A stretch of DNA of 64,000 bases, from assembly GCF_009914755.1 (NCBI RefSeq), contig NC_060939.1. One strand, written 5' to 3'. Both the position numbers and the translations under genes were made by a program. This document shows, in pieces, positions 1 to 13,218 of this stretch (position 1 is the stretch's first letter; the number at the start of each line of letters is the position of its first letter). The notes under the pieces were generated by a model. That model worked only from the letters and a program-made list of their open reading frames with translations. It was not told where the DNA came from and did not search any database. The DNA is from the human T2T-CHM13v2.0 reference genome, Homo sapiens.

Positions 1-968
1 CTTTTGCTGAGGAGTGTTTTACTTCCAATTGTGTGGTCAATTTTAGAATAAGTGTGATGTGGTGCTGAGAGTTATGTATATTATGTTGATTTGGGGTGGA
101 GAGTTCTGTAGATGTCTCTTAGGTCCACCGGGTCCAGAGCTGAATTCAAGTCCTGAATATCCTTGTTAACCTTCTGTCTCATTGGTCTTTCTAATATTGA
201 CAGTGGGATGTTAAAGTCTCCCACTATTATTGTGTGGGAGTGTAAGTCTCTTTATAGGTCTCTAAGAACTTGCTTTATGAATCTGGGTGCTACTGTATTA
301 GGTACATATATATTTAGGATAGTTAGCTCTTCTTGTTGCGTTGATCCCTTTACCGTTATGTAATGTACTTCTTTGTCTTTTTTGATCTTTGTTGGTTTAA
401 CGTCTGTTTTATCGGAGACTATGATTGCAACCCATGCTTTTGTTTGCTTTCCATTTGCTTGGTAGATCTTCCTACATCCCTCTATTTTGAGCCTATGTGT
501 GTCTTTTCATGTGAGATAGGTCTCCTGAATACAGCACAGCGATGGGTCTTGACTTTTTATCCAATTTGCCAGTCTGTGTCTTTTAATTGGGACATTTAGC
601 CCATTTACATTTAAGGTTAATATTGTTATGTGTGAATTTGATCCTGTCATTATGATGTTAGCTGGTTATTTTTTCCAGTTAGTTGATGCAGTTTCTTCAT
701 AGCATCGATGGTCTTTACAATTTGGCGTGTTTTTGCATTGGCTGCTACCGGTGTTTCCTTTCCATGTTTAGTGCTTCCTTCAGGAGCTTTTGTAAGGCAG
801 GCCTGGTGAAGACAAAATCTCTCAGCATTTGCCTGTCTGTAAAGGATGTTACTTCTCCTTCACTTATGAATCTTAGTTTGGCTGGATATGAAATCCTGGG
901 TTGAAAATTCTTTTCTTCAAGAATATTGAATATTGGCCCCCACTCTCTTCTGGCTTGTAGGGTTGCTG
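1..968 (-). mobile_element. L1PA (L1PA7/8-like) fragment: end of ORF1, inter-ORF and ORF2 endonuclease region; continues beyond left edge
   Basis: Antisense L1 text such as 'aatattgacagtgggatgttaaagtctcccactattattgtg' and 'tattggcccccactctcttctggcttgtag'. Confidence 0.9.
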
Positions 969-2262
969 CAGGGGGAAGGGGCAGCTATGGGCACAGCTTC
1001 AGCAGACTTAAACGTTCCCACCTGCTGGCTCTGAAGAGAGCAGTGGATCTCCCAACACAGTGCTCAAGCTCTGCTAAGGGACAGACTACCTCCTCAAGTG
1101 GGTCCCTGATCCCTGTGCCTCCTGACTAGGAGACACCTCCCAGCAGGGATCGACAGAAACCTCATACAGGGGAGCTCTGGCTGGCGTCTGGCAGGTGCCC
1201 CTCTAGGACAAAGTTTCCAGAGGAAAGAACAGGCAGCAATCTTTGCTGTTCTGCAGCCTCCACTGGTGATGCCCAGGCAAACAGTGTCTGGAGTGGACCT
1301 CCAGCAAACTACAGCAGTCTGCAGCAGAGGGGCCTGACTGTTAGAGGAAAACTAACAAACAGAAAGGAATAGCATCAACATCAACAAATGTTAGAAGGAA
1401 AACTAACAAGCAGAAAAGAATAGCATCAACATCAACAAAAAGGATGTCCACACAAAAACCCCATCTGAAGGTCACCAACATCAAAGACCAAAGGTAGATA
1501 AATCCACGAAGATGAGGAAAACCAGTGCAAAAAGGCTGAAAATTTCAAAAACCAGAACACCTCTTCTCCTCCAAAGGATCACAACTCCTCACCAGCAAGG
1601 GAACAAAACTGGATGGAGAATGAGTTTGACAAATTGACAGAAGTAGGCTTCATAAGGTGGGTAATAATGAACTCCTCTGAGCTAAAGGAGCATGTTCTAA
1701 CCCAATGTGAGGAAGCTAAGAACCTTGAAAAAAGGTTAGAGGAATTGCTAACTGGAATAACCAGTTCAAAGAAGAAGATAAATGACCTGATGGAACTGAA
1801 AACCACAGCACGAGAACTTCATGAAGCATACAGAAGTATTAATAGCCGAATCGATCAAGTGGAAGAAAGGATATCAGAGATTGAAGATCAACTTAATGAA
1901 ATAAAGTGTGAAGATGAGATTAGAGAAAAAAGAATGAAAAGGAAAGAACAAAGCCTCCAAGAAATACGGGACTATGTGTAAAGACCAAACCTACATTTGG
2001 TGTGCCTGAAAGTGATGGGGAGAATGAAACCAAGATGGAAAACACTCTTCAGAATATTATTCAGAAGAACTTCCCCTATCTAGCAAGACAGGACAACATT
2101 CAAATTCAGGAAATACAGAGAAAACCAGAAAGATACTCCTCGAAAAGAGCAACCCCAAGACACATAATCGTCACATTCACCAAGGTTGAAATGAAGGAAG
2201 AAAGTTTAGGGCAGCCAGAGAGAAAGGTTGGGTTACCCACAAAGGGAAGCCCATCAGACTAA
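969..2262 (+). mobile_element. Inverted 5' part (5'UTR + ORF1) of the same L1
   Basis: ORF1p peptides MENEFDKLTEVGF...LQEIRDYV and RATPRHIIV; ends at 'aagggaagcccatcagactaa', just upstream in L1 coordinates of where the antisense piece begins; ~50-bp tandem duplication at ~1339-1439. Confidence 0.9.
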
Positions 2263-3520
2263 TTTTCTTATATTTTGATGATTGCCATTCTGACTGAAGG
2301 GAAGAGATATCTTATTGTAGTTTTAATTTGTATTTCCCTGATAATTAGGGATGTTGAGAATTTTTTATATATCTGTTGACCTTTTGTATGTCTTCTTCTG
2401 AGAAATGTCTATTATTTTGCCCGTTTTAAAATCAGCTTATTTTTTGTTGTTGCTGAGCTATTTGAGTTCCTTATATATTTTTTACATTAGCCCCCTATCA
2501 GATGTATAGTTAGCAAAAATATTCACTTATTCTATAGATTGTCTCTTTGCACTGTTGATTGTTTCCTTTGCTGATCAGAGGCTTTTTAGTGTGATATAAT
2601 CCCGTTTGTCTATATTCACTTTTGTTGCCCATGCATTTGAGGTTTTATTTGAAAAACCCTTGCCTAGGGTTTTTATAACTTATTTATGACCTATGACATT
2701 AGCTTACTAATGTCATTAAGTTTTCCACTCATGTTTTCTGCCAGTATTTCTATAGTTTTGAGTCTTACCGTTATGTCTTCAATCTGTTTTATGGCTTTTT
2801 TATTGCTTTTGGATATGGTGAGTGATAAGGGTCTAATTTCATTCTTCTGCATGTAGATATCCAACATGATTTATATGCAAAGGAAGAAAAGTCAATATGT
2901 CAAAGCAATGTTACACTCCTCTGTTTATTCATAATAGCGAAGAGATGGATCAGCCTAAATGTCTACAAACAGATGAATGGATAAAGAAAATGTGTTATAT
3001 ATACACAATTGAATACTATTGAGTCATAAAAAGGAATGAAATCTTGTCATTTACAACAACATGAATGAAGTTGGAGGACATTATGGAAAGTGAAATAAGC
3101 TAGACATGGAAAGAAAAATATCGCATGATCTCATTCATATGTGGTAATTCTAAAACACATTCTCATAGAAGTAGAGAGTAGAATAGTGGCTACTAGAAGA
3201 TGGAAAGGGTAGAGGAAATTGGGGATGGTGAGACATTGGTCAATGGGTACAAAGCTTTGGTTAGATAGGAGGAATAATTTCCAGTGGTCTGTTGCATAGT
3301 AGGATGACTAGAATTAAATGTAAATGTATTATATATTTTAAAATAGCTAGAAGAGAAGTTTTTGAATGTTCTCATCACAAAGAAACATACATGTTTAAGA
3401 TGATGGATATACTTACTCTAGATTGATCATTACACAATTTATACAAATATTTATACATCACATTTTACCCCATAAATATTTACAATTACTGTATATCAAA
3501 CATGAATTAATAAAAATAAG
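2263..3520 (+). mobile_element. Older L1MA 3' end with inverted 5' segment (2263-~2865 antisense, ~2866-3520 sense)
   Basis: Antisense ORF2 C-terminal text followed by sense L1MA 3'UTR ending in A-rich tail 'aattaataaaaataa'. Confidence 0.75.
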
Positions 3521-4322
3521 GCAGCTCACAATGCAGAAAAAAAGGGATTTAGAATTGTGAAGCTACAAGTGGATTTTCTATGATGCCATGCCAAGCATGT
3601 TTCTGTGGTAGTACTTTAGGAACAAAGGATCCCAAGTTTGTAACTTTGCTGGCACTTAAGATGGAGTGCCTGGTTGTAGAATGTGTTGGGTATCAGCATC
3701 CATATGGTCCTGACCATCTAGATGGGAGCTCATTACATATCTTGTCACCACTTAATATAAAAAGACCAGTGTTGTTAAGGGATGATGTCAGAGTGGAACT
3801 TGTACCTCACCTGGTTAAGGTTTACTGTATCTTCTCATCTGTCATGTTGGCATCTGCTCATTACTATTTTTCATGTATCCAGGTCAGTTTGTAGGAGCAA
3901 AACACTTTACCACTTTACAAAATAACTAATAGATGAGGCCTTCAGTTTGGCTTTGGCAGCAGTAAAGCTTAGTATTGTCTGCCAACCAATGAGCCCAGAA
4001 TTTTGGTGTGTGTGTATATATATATAACATACATATATATAAATAAGTTATATTTATGACCTGTTACATATATATGTATGTAACATATATATATGTATGT
4101 AACATATATATATATGTGTAACATATATATATGTGTGTAACATATATATATGTATGTAACATATATATATGTATGTAACATATATATATGTGTGTAACAT
4201 ATATATGTGTGTAACATATATGTATGTGTAACATATATATGTAACATATATATGTATGTAACATATATATGTAACATATATATGTATGTAACATATATAT
4301 GTAACATATATATGTATGTAAC

Positions 4323-4353
<31 letters not shown>

Positions 4354-5100
4354 ACATTTGGTGTTTGGCAGCTCAATTAGAAGGAAAGCTGAGCTACTCC
4401 AGTTTTCCCAGGGCTGGTTTTTTTGCCAGCTGTAACATCTGTTGATTTGTCAAGTACATGTATCATAAGAGTAAGTAACAGGAACATATAAAACCTTCAT
4501 GAGAGGTTTAAGGATAACACCTGTGGATCAAACCACAGGGATTGTTTGCAGCATTGCCTTTGTATGGCATCTAGAAGGAGTTCAGCATTATGTCTGTTTT
4601 CCGTGTAAAGCGAAAACTTCTCTTCTAATGACTTTACCTGAGCAAAGGACAGTGCTTAAGCTTCCATAGAGGTCTATCTGCAGCTAATTAACTCACCACA
4701 TGAAGAAGTAGAGCACACTGTTTCATTGGTTGTAGATGCCATACCCTGCTAAACATCCATTTTATGGAGTTGCTACTGATATTGTCAGGAATTAAAATTA
4801 CTTCAGGTTCTTTTTTATTATCTAGATGTTAACCAGTAATCAAACTAGTTAACATGGCCAGGATTTGGAAAACTGGTGCAAAAGATCCCACATCAGTGCT
4901 TGACCTGTTGAGAAATTGGAGAAGATTAATAATAAGAGTAAGACACTGAAAGAAAACACATGTTTGAGAATCAGAGAGAGAATAAGATAAATTGAGACAA
5001 GAAATATTTAGTGAGCCACAGAATAAATGACCAAGAAATGGGAAAAAAATTGGTGAGAGACCATTGTTAAACGGCAGAGTTTTGCTGTATTGTTATTGTT
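3521..5100. other. Unassigned non-repeat-looking segment, possibly a decayed retrocopy or unrecognised old repeat
   Basis: Balanced composition, stop-interrupted protein-like frames (104-aa ORF 3580-3894); no family recognised. Confidence 0.25.
4010..4356. repeat. (ATATATATGTATGTAAC)-type AT-rich micro/minisatellite
   Basis: Direct tandem units; flanked by duplicated 'tttggtgt' at 4002-4009 and 4357-4364. Confidence 0.95.
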
Positions 5101-5194
5101 GTTTTGAAAGTAGCAAGGCTAAGAAAGGGGGAGAAGTAAAAAATATACAAAGTTTCTTGATCTTTGATCTTGGGAAAATCTGCTTACTTTTTGT

Positions 5195-5667
5195 TGCTGC
5201 CTGGGCCAATTCTCTTAAACACTATGCTGTTCTATAATGAAGAATGTGGAAAAACTTGCATGCCTTTCACCTAACCAATATTCCCAGCTGTACCTTGAAT
5301 AAAGAGGGGGGTTTAGAACCTTAGAACATTACTGTTAATGCTTATTTCTCTAAAGTCCTTGTGAATCATAGGCAATCCCCAACATGTCTCCCACTTTATT
5401 TTTTAAATACATTCTCAGTGAAATTTATTCGATGCCACACTTCCTCTTTTTTTTCCCTGTTTTCTGGAGACTTAGGGACCTTCCTCTCCATCTGTAACAT
5501 TCAGTGGTGCCAGAACTCTGTACAGACACATCTGGGTTTCTCTTGGGCAAACACAAATGACCCAGTGGCCATCGTCCTTCCCCTGTAGACCACAACCTCA
5601 AAGAGCAGGGCTACAGCTGGTCCTGCTGAGCTCAGAGCCTCTCTGAGGGTTCTGCAGGGGCAAGGAC
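5195..5667 (+). repeat. Paralogous unit A core (MIR 5' end, conserved block, GC-richer block); lacks TATA and mini-exon
   Basis: 'attcccagctgtaccttgaataaagag...agaacattactgttaatgcttat' and 'gctgagctcagagcc...ctgcaggggcaagg' align with ~16.6-17.1, ~36.8-37.2 and ~43.8-44.3 kb. Confidence 0.9.
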
Positions 5668-6034
5668 AAGAATACATGTACATAGATATATAACATGGAC
5701 CATTTGAGCAAGGAAATGTAATGCAGACATTTACAAAACTATGTTGAAGGAATCATAGATTCCAGCCAATGTCTATAACCTTTGGGTAAGGGAAAATCAG
5801 ACAATATGCTGAAATTCATTATTGCATATTAATGAAATTGTTGGTCTCAGCATTCAGAGTGAGAGTGTTAGTGTTCGGTCTATACAAATTAATGCCTTTT
5901 TAAACCTTTCACAATTAGGACAAACTAATCTACAATAGAAACATTCATAGCTCGTTTTAAGCATGAGACTCTGAGCAATTTTGTCTTGTTGGTTTTCAGA
6001 AAAGTCTCTGTCCTTCTACTTTTGAACCAGAGGT
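5668..6034 (-). repeat. Inverted fragment of unit A downstream sequence
   Basis: Reverse complement of unit D ~44679-45033, e.g. 'atgcagacatttacaaaa', 'acaaattaatgcc', 'acctttcacaattag'. Confidence 0.85.
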
Positions 6035-9000
6035 TTGTCAACGATCAGATGGTTGTAGATATGCAGTTTTATTTGTGAGTTCTCGGTTCTGTTCCATTAG
6101 TCTCTGTGCCTGTTTTTGTACCAGTGCTATGCTGCTTTGGTTACTGTAGACTTGTATAGTTTGAAGCCAGGTAGTGTGATGCCTCCAGCTTTGTTTTCTT
6201 TGCTTTAGATTGCCCTGGCTATATTGGTTCCATATGAATTTTAAAAGAGTTTCTTTCTAATTCTATGAAGAATGTCAGTGGTAGTTTAATGGGAATAGAA
6301 TTGAATCTATAAATTACTTTGAGCAGTATGGCCATTTTATGATATTGATTCTTCCTATCCATGAGCATGGAATATTTGCCCATATGTTTGTATCCTCTCT
6401 GATTTCCTTGAGCAGTAGTTTGTAGTTCTCCTTGAAGAGGTCCTTCACCTCCATTGTTAGCTGTATTCACAGGTATTTTATTCTCTCTGTGGCAATTGTG
6501 AATGGGAGTTCATTCATTATTTAGCTCTCTGCTTGTCTGTTGTTGGTGTATAGGAATGCTTGTGATTTCTGCACATTGATTTTGTAGACTGAGACTGCTG
6601 AACTTGCTTATCAGCTTGAGAAGCTTTTGGGCTGAGTTGATGGGATTTTCTAGATAGACAATCATGTCATCTGCAAACAAAGACAATTTGACTTCCTCTC
6701 TTCCTATTTGAATACCCTTTATTTCTTTCTATTGCCTGATTGCCTTGGCCAGAACATCCGATACTATGTTGAATAAGAGTGGTGAGAGAAGGCCTCCTTG
6801 TCTTATGCCAGTTTCCAAGGGGAATGCTTCCAGCTTTTGCCCATTTAGTATGATATCGGCTGTGGGTTTGTCATAACTGGCTCTTATTATTTTAAGATAT
6901 GTTCCTTCAATACCTAGCTCACTGAGAGTTTTTAACATGAAGGAATGTTGAATTTTTTGCACTGATGTTCATCAGGAATATTGGCCTAAAGTTTTCTTTT
7001 TTTGTTGTGCCTCTGCCAGGTTTGGTATCAGGATGATGCTGGCCTCATATACTGAGTCAATTTTTTGGAATAGTATTAGAAGGAATTGTACCAGTTCTCC
7101 TTTGTACCTCTGGTAGTCTTCAGTTGTTAAACCATCTGGTCCTGGGCTTTTTTTGGTTTTAATTTTATTTATTTATTTTATTTTATTACAGCCTCAACTT
7201 CAGAACTTGTTATTGGTCTCTTCAGGGACTCAACTTCTTCCTGGTTCAGTCTTGGGAGGGTGTATGCATCCAGGAATGTATCCATTTCTTCTAGATTTTG
7301 CAGTTTATTTCCACAGAGGTGTTTATGGTGTTCTCTGATGGGGGTTTGTATTTCTGTGGGGTCAGTGGTGGTATCCCCCTTATCATTTCTAATTGTATTT
7401 ATTTGAATTTTCTCTCTTTTCTTCTTTATTTGTCTAGCTAGTGGTCTGTTTTGCTGATTTTTTCCCAACAAACAGCTCCTGGATTCATTGATTTTTTGAA
7501 GGGTTTTTCATGACTCTAACTACTTCAGTTCCTCTCTGAGCTTAGTTATTTCTTGTCTTCTGCTAGCTCTGGGGTGTGTTTGCTCTTGGTTCTCTTATTA
7601 TTTTAGTTGTTACGTCAGGGTGTCAATTTGAGGTCTTTCTCGCTTTTTGATGTGGGCATTTTGTGCTATAAATTTCCTTCTTAAAACTGCTTTAGCTGCA
7701 TCCCAGAGATTCTGGTATGTTGTCTCTTTGTTCTCATTCATTTTAAAGAACTTTTTGATTTCTGCCTTAATTTTGTTATTTACCCAGAAGTCATTTAGAA
7801 GCAGGTCGTTTGATTTCCATGTAGCTGTGTGGTTTTGAGGAGGTTTCTTAACCTTGAGTTCTAATTGGATTGTGCTGCAGTCTGAGAGACTGCCCTCAGT
7901 TATGTTGCATTTGCTGAAGTGTGTTTTACTTCCAATTGTGTGATCAATTTTAGAGTAAGTGTCATGTGGCACAGAGAAAAATGTATATTATGCTCTTTTG
8001 GGGTGGGGAGTTCTGTAGACATCTTTCAGATTCTCTTAGTCTAGAGCTGAGTTCAAGTCCTAGATATTTTTGTTAATTTTCTGACTCAATGATCTGTCTA
8101 ATACTGACAGCAGGGCATTACAATCTCCCATTACTATTGTGTGGAAGTCTAAGTCTTTTTGTAGGTCTCTAAGAACTTGTTTTATGAATCTGGATGCTCC
8201 TGTATTTGGTGCATATATATTTAGGATAGTTAGCTCTTCTTGTTGAATTGAACACTTTACCATGATGTAATGCACTTCTTTGTCTCTTTTGACCTTTGTT
8301 GATTTGAAGTCTGTTTTGTCAGAAACTCGGATTGTAACCCCTGCTTTTTTTTTCTCCTTTCCATTTGCTTGGTAAATTTTCCTCCATCCTTTTATTCTGA
8401 GCCTCTATTTTTCTTTGCAGGTGAGATGTGTCTGTCTCTTGAATACAGCACACTGATGGGTCTTGTCATTTTATCTAGCTTGCCATTCTGTGTTTTTTTG
8501 ATTGTGGCATTTAGCCCGTTTACATTTAAAGTTATTATTGTTATGTGTGAATTTCACCTTGTCATCCTGATGCTGGCTGGTTATTTTGCAGATTTGTTAA
8601 TGTAGTTGCTGCATAGTGTCATTGGTCTGTGTACTTCAGTGTTTTCATAGTGGCTCATAATGGCTTTTTCATTCCATGTTTAGTGTTTCCTTCAGGAACT
8701 CTTGCAAGGCAGGCCTGGTGTTAATGAAATCCCTCAGCATTTGCTTGCCTGAAAATGATTTTATTTCTCCTTCAATTATGAAGCATATTTTGACCAGATG
8801 TGAAATTCTAGTTTGGAAATTCTTTTCTTTAAGAATGTTGAATATTGGCCCCAATCTATTCTGGCTTGTAAGGTTTCTGCTGAGAAGTCTACTGTTAGTC
8901 TGATGGGCTTCCCTTTGGAGGTGACCTGGCCTTTCTCTCTGGTTGCCCTTAACATTTTTTCCTTCATTTTGTCCGTAAAAAATCAGATGATTATGTGTCT

Positions 9001-11007
9001 TGAGGATTGTCTCTCATGGAGTATCTTCTTGAGGTTCTCTGGATTTCCTGAATTTGAATGTTGCCCTGTCTTGCTAGGTTGGGGAAGTTCTCCTTGATGA
9101 TATTCTGAATTGTGTTTTCCAGCTTCATTTTATTCTCCTCATCTCTTTCAGGTACTCCAATCAGTTGTAAATTCAATCTCTTTATATAGTCCCATAGTTC
9201 TTGGAGGCTTTGTTCATTCCTTTCAATTCTTTATTCTCTAATCTTGTCTGCCTGCCTTGTTTCAGCAAAATAGGCTTCAAGCTCTGATATACTTTCTTCC
9301 ACTTGATCGATTCAGCTATTGATACTTGTGTTTGCTTGATGAAGTTCTCATGCTGTGTTTTTCAGCTTCATTAGGTCATTGATATTCGTCTCTAAATTGA
9401 GTATTCTAGTTAACATCTCCTGTAAACTTCTATCATGATTTCTACCTTCTTTGCATTGGGTTAGAACATAATCCTTTAGCTCAGCGAACTTTGTTATCAC
9501 TAACTTTCTGAAGCCTACTTCTGTCAGTCATCCATCTCAGCTTCAGCCCAGTTCTGTGCCCTTGCTGAAGAGGTGTTGCAATCATTTGGAGGAGAAGAGG
9601 TACTCTGGATTTTGGAAACTTTAGTGTCTTTGCATTGATTTTTCTTCATCTTAGTGGATTTATCTATCTTTGATATTTGAGGCTGTTGAGCTTTGGATGG
9701 GGTTTTTGTGGGATCTTTTTTGTTGGTGTTGTTATTGCTTTTTGTTTGTTTTTCTTTCTAACAGTCAGAGCCCTCTTCTGCGGGTCTGCTGCAGTTTGCT
9801 GGGGGTCTATTTCAGACCCCGTTCACCTGGGTTTCACCAGTGGAGGCTACAGAACAACAAAGATTAATGCCTGCTCCCTCCTCCAAAAGCTTTGTACCAG
9901 AAGGGCACTGATCTGATGCCAACCAGAACTCTCCTGTATGAGGTGTCTGGCTAGACCTGTTGGGAGGGCTACTCAGTCAGGAGGCACGGGATCAGGGAGC
10001 AGTTTGGCTGCCCCTCAGCAGAGCTGGTGCTCTGTGCTGGGGGCTTCCCCCTCTTCCAGATAACCCAGACTCTTCAGAGACAGCAGGCAGGAAAGATTAA
10101 GTCCGCTGAACCTGAGACCAAGGCCACCCCTCCCCCTAGGTGCTCTGTCCAAGGGAGGTGAGAGTTCTGTCTGTAAACCCCTAGCTAGAGTTGCTGGAAT
10201 TCCTGCATGGAGGCCCTGCCCAGTGAGGAGGGATGAATCCATGTCCCACCAGAAGAAGCAGTCTGGCCACGATTGGCCACAGCTGCTGTACTGTTCCTTG
10301 GGAAATACTGCCCAGTCCAAACCACCCAGCCTCTCTAGCACTGGTGGGGGAAAACTGCAGACTAGAGCCACAGTAATGGTGCCCCCCACTTCCCATAACT
10401 CAGTCATCTTAGGCAGACCCCAGGCTGTTGTGCTGGCCAGCAGGGATTCCAAGCCAGTGGGTCTTATCTTGCAGGATTTCATAGGAGTGGAACCCACTGA
10501 GTGAGGTCACTTGGCTCCCTGGCTTCAGCCCCCTTTCCACGAGAATGGACGGCACTCTGGCCACCTGGAGTTCCAGGAGCCAACAGAGTATATAAAAACT
10601 CCTGCAGCTCAGTGCCTGCCCCAATGGCTGCAGAATGGTGCAGCTGCCATGGGTCTGCCCAGTTTTGTGCTTGGGACCCAAGGCCCTGGTGAGGTAGGCA
10701 CACAAGGGAATCTTCTGATCCACAGATTGCAAAAATTCATGGGAAAAGTGTAGAACCCCAGGCAGGCAGCACTGTCCCTCACTGCCTCCCTTAGCTGGGA
10801 GAGAAGGTCCCAGGTGAACCAGCTCCCGAGTGAATCATCGCCTCACCCTGCTTTTCCTTGTTTTTCATGGTCATGCCAACTGCCTAGTCAGTTGCAATGA
10901 GAAAATCTGGGTACCTCAGTTGGAAATGCAGAAATCACTTGCCTTTTACATTTGTCTCAGTGGAAGCTGCAGACCAGAGCTGTTGCTACTCGGCCATCTT
11001 GGCCCAG
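6035..11007 (-). mobile_element. L1PA (about L1PA10-13) with 5'UTR, ORF1 and most of ORF2; internally deleted, 3' end missing
   Basis: 5' end 'ggccaagatggccgagtag' on minus; ORF2 peptides [42 protein letters not shown]. Confidence 0.92.
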
Positions 11008-11014
11008 CATCTTC

Positions 11015-11570
11015 TCTCTTTCTAGCACTACAAGATGCTCTGTGTTAATTGTGTTGATTCTCTGCCCACACCTCATAGTCACAATTTCTTCAAGGAATCC
11101 TAATTCTTTTATTTAGTTAATAGTATAGGGAACAAAGTTCTGGGCAATAGGTGCACTCATTGCTATTGGGAATCTGTTGTTTCTAGGCTATGTCAGCTGA
11201 CAGAGCAAAGGAATATGTGTGTATACTAACTCACACATATACACGTATGTATACATGTTACTGCATTTGCCCATATGTGTCTATATAGAGTTAAACTGAA
11301 TCCCTACTAATGTCTCGTCACCACATTATCTAATCCAGCAAAACATGAATCAGTTTCTTGTTCTTGGAAAACAACTTTACCAAGTAAAGTGCAGTAGTTA
11401 TGGACAACTCCTTTGACAATTAGTATAGTCACTTGTTTTCTAAGTAATGTACATCACTCTCCCTTTCCGTCATTCCTCTCAGTGAGGATATTCCATCCAT
11501 TTATTTTACAGTTACAGAATTTTTTGTATTCCTCTCTAGGATCCCCATCTTCTGAATAGATAGATAGATG

Positions 11571-11612
<42 letters not shown>

Positions 11613-12830
11613 TTAGTTTCCATGCATTTATATTTACTCTTTGTAATGTAAAGTTCAGTATGATTTGAAAAAAAGTATCAACATATCATTACAGTATCAT
11701 AGAGAATAATTTCATTGCCCAAAATAAATGTTTTCTATTTCATCTATTCCAACCTTGCTCTCTCCCAAGCCCCTACTTACCACTAATCTTTTTTATTTTT
11801 TTCTGTAATTTCACCTTTTCCAGAGTGTCATATAAATGAAATTATACAGTATGCCTTCTTTCATGTAAGAATGTGCCTTTAATATTTGTGAAGTGTAGCT
11901 CTTGGTGGCTGAGATTTGCATTTATATTTCACTAACAGCTAAAGGTGTTGAGTATCTTTTCATATGCTTATTAGGCATAACTATAGCTTTTTTGGAGAAA
12001 TGTCTGTTCACACAATTTACCCACTTTTAATTAGAACATTTCCCTTTATATTTTCGAGTTGCAAGAATATTTTACATATTCTGGGCAATAGGCCTCTATC
12101 AACTATATGATTTGCAAACATTGTCTCCCATTCTTTCATTTATGTTGATGCTGTTCTTTGAGCCACAAAAGATTATAATTTTGATGAAGTTCATTTATAA
12201 TTTATATTTTTCTTCTTTCATTTATATTTTGGTATCATATCATAGAAACCATTCTTTTACCAAAGGCCATGAAGATTTATTCCTATATACTCTTCCATGA
12301 GATTTGTAAATTTAGCTGTTATATTTAGTTCTATGATCAATTTTGAGTCAGTCATGTGTATAGTGTGGGAGGAGTCCAACTTGGGTGTGAATATCCACTT
12401 GTCCCAGCAATATTTATTGGAAAAAATATTTTCCATATAGAGTTGACTTGGCAACCTTGTAAAATCAATTGACCATATATGCCAGGGTTAATTTTTAGAC
12501 ACTAAACTCTATTTCACTGACCTATATATTTATCCTTATACCAGTACCGCAATGTCTTGATTAATATCAGGTTGTAGGAAGTTTTAAAATTATTAAATAT
12601 GAGTTGAGTAATCCAACTTGTCCTTTAAAGACTGTTTTGTAGCACTTGCACCTCCATATGAATTTTAGAATTGCGTTGCCAATTGCTTGAAATCATGAAA
12701 AGAAAAAGCTAGGATTTTTACAGGAAATATATTGAATCTGTAGCTTTCTTTGGAAAGTAGTGTCACCTTAACAATATTAAGTCTTCTGGTCAATTATCTT
12801 GGGAATTTGTTTTTACTTTTTTGGGAATTT
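11015..12830 (-). mobile_element. Old L1MC/L1M fragments, paralogous in part to 53670-54690 and 32330-32930
   Basis: 'gcactacaagatg', 'gtgtatactaac..acacatat' shared with 53.7-53.8 kb; antisense ORF2 3' text. Confidence 0.65.
11556..11611. repeat. (GATA)n tetranucleotide microsatellite
   Basis: Run of tagatagata. Confidence 0.95.
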
Positions 12831-12844
12831 ATTTAGGACTTTTT

Positions 12845-13218
12845 TGATTACTTTTTATTGATTCATAATACGCATTTATTTGGTACATGTCATATTTTGT
12901 TACTGCATAAGATGTATAATGATTAAGTCAGGGTATTTAGGGTATCCATCAACTCAAGTATTTATCATTCCTATGTCCTGGGAACATTTCAAGTCCTCTG
13001 TTCTAGCTATTTTGAAATATACAATATATTGTAGTTAACTATAGTCACCCTAGTCTGCTATCAAACATTAGAACTTCAAGAAGACAAATATCACATGTTC
13101 TCATCCATATTTGGGAGCTAAAAAAGTTTATCTCATGGAAGTAGAGAATAAAATAATAGATACAAGAGGCCAGGAAGTGTGTGGGTGTGGGATAAAGACA
13201 TTGGTTAATGTACACAAA
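12845..13218 (-). mobile_element. Short L1MA 3' insertion with inverted 5' segment
   Basis: Antisense 3'UTR 12845-~13076, then sense 3'UTR piece ending where the antisense piece starts. Confidence 0.7.
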
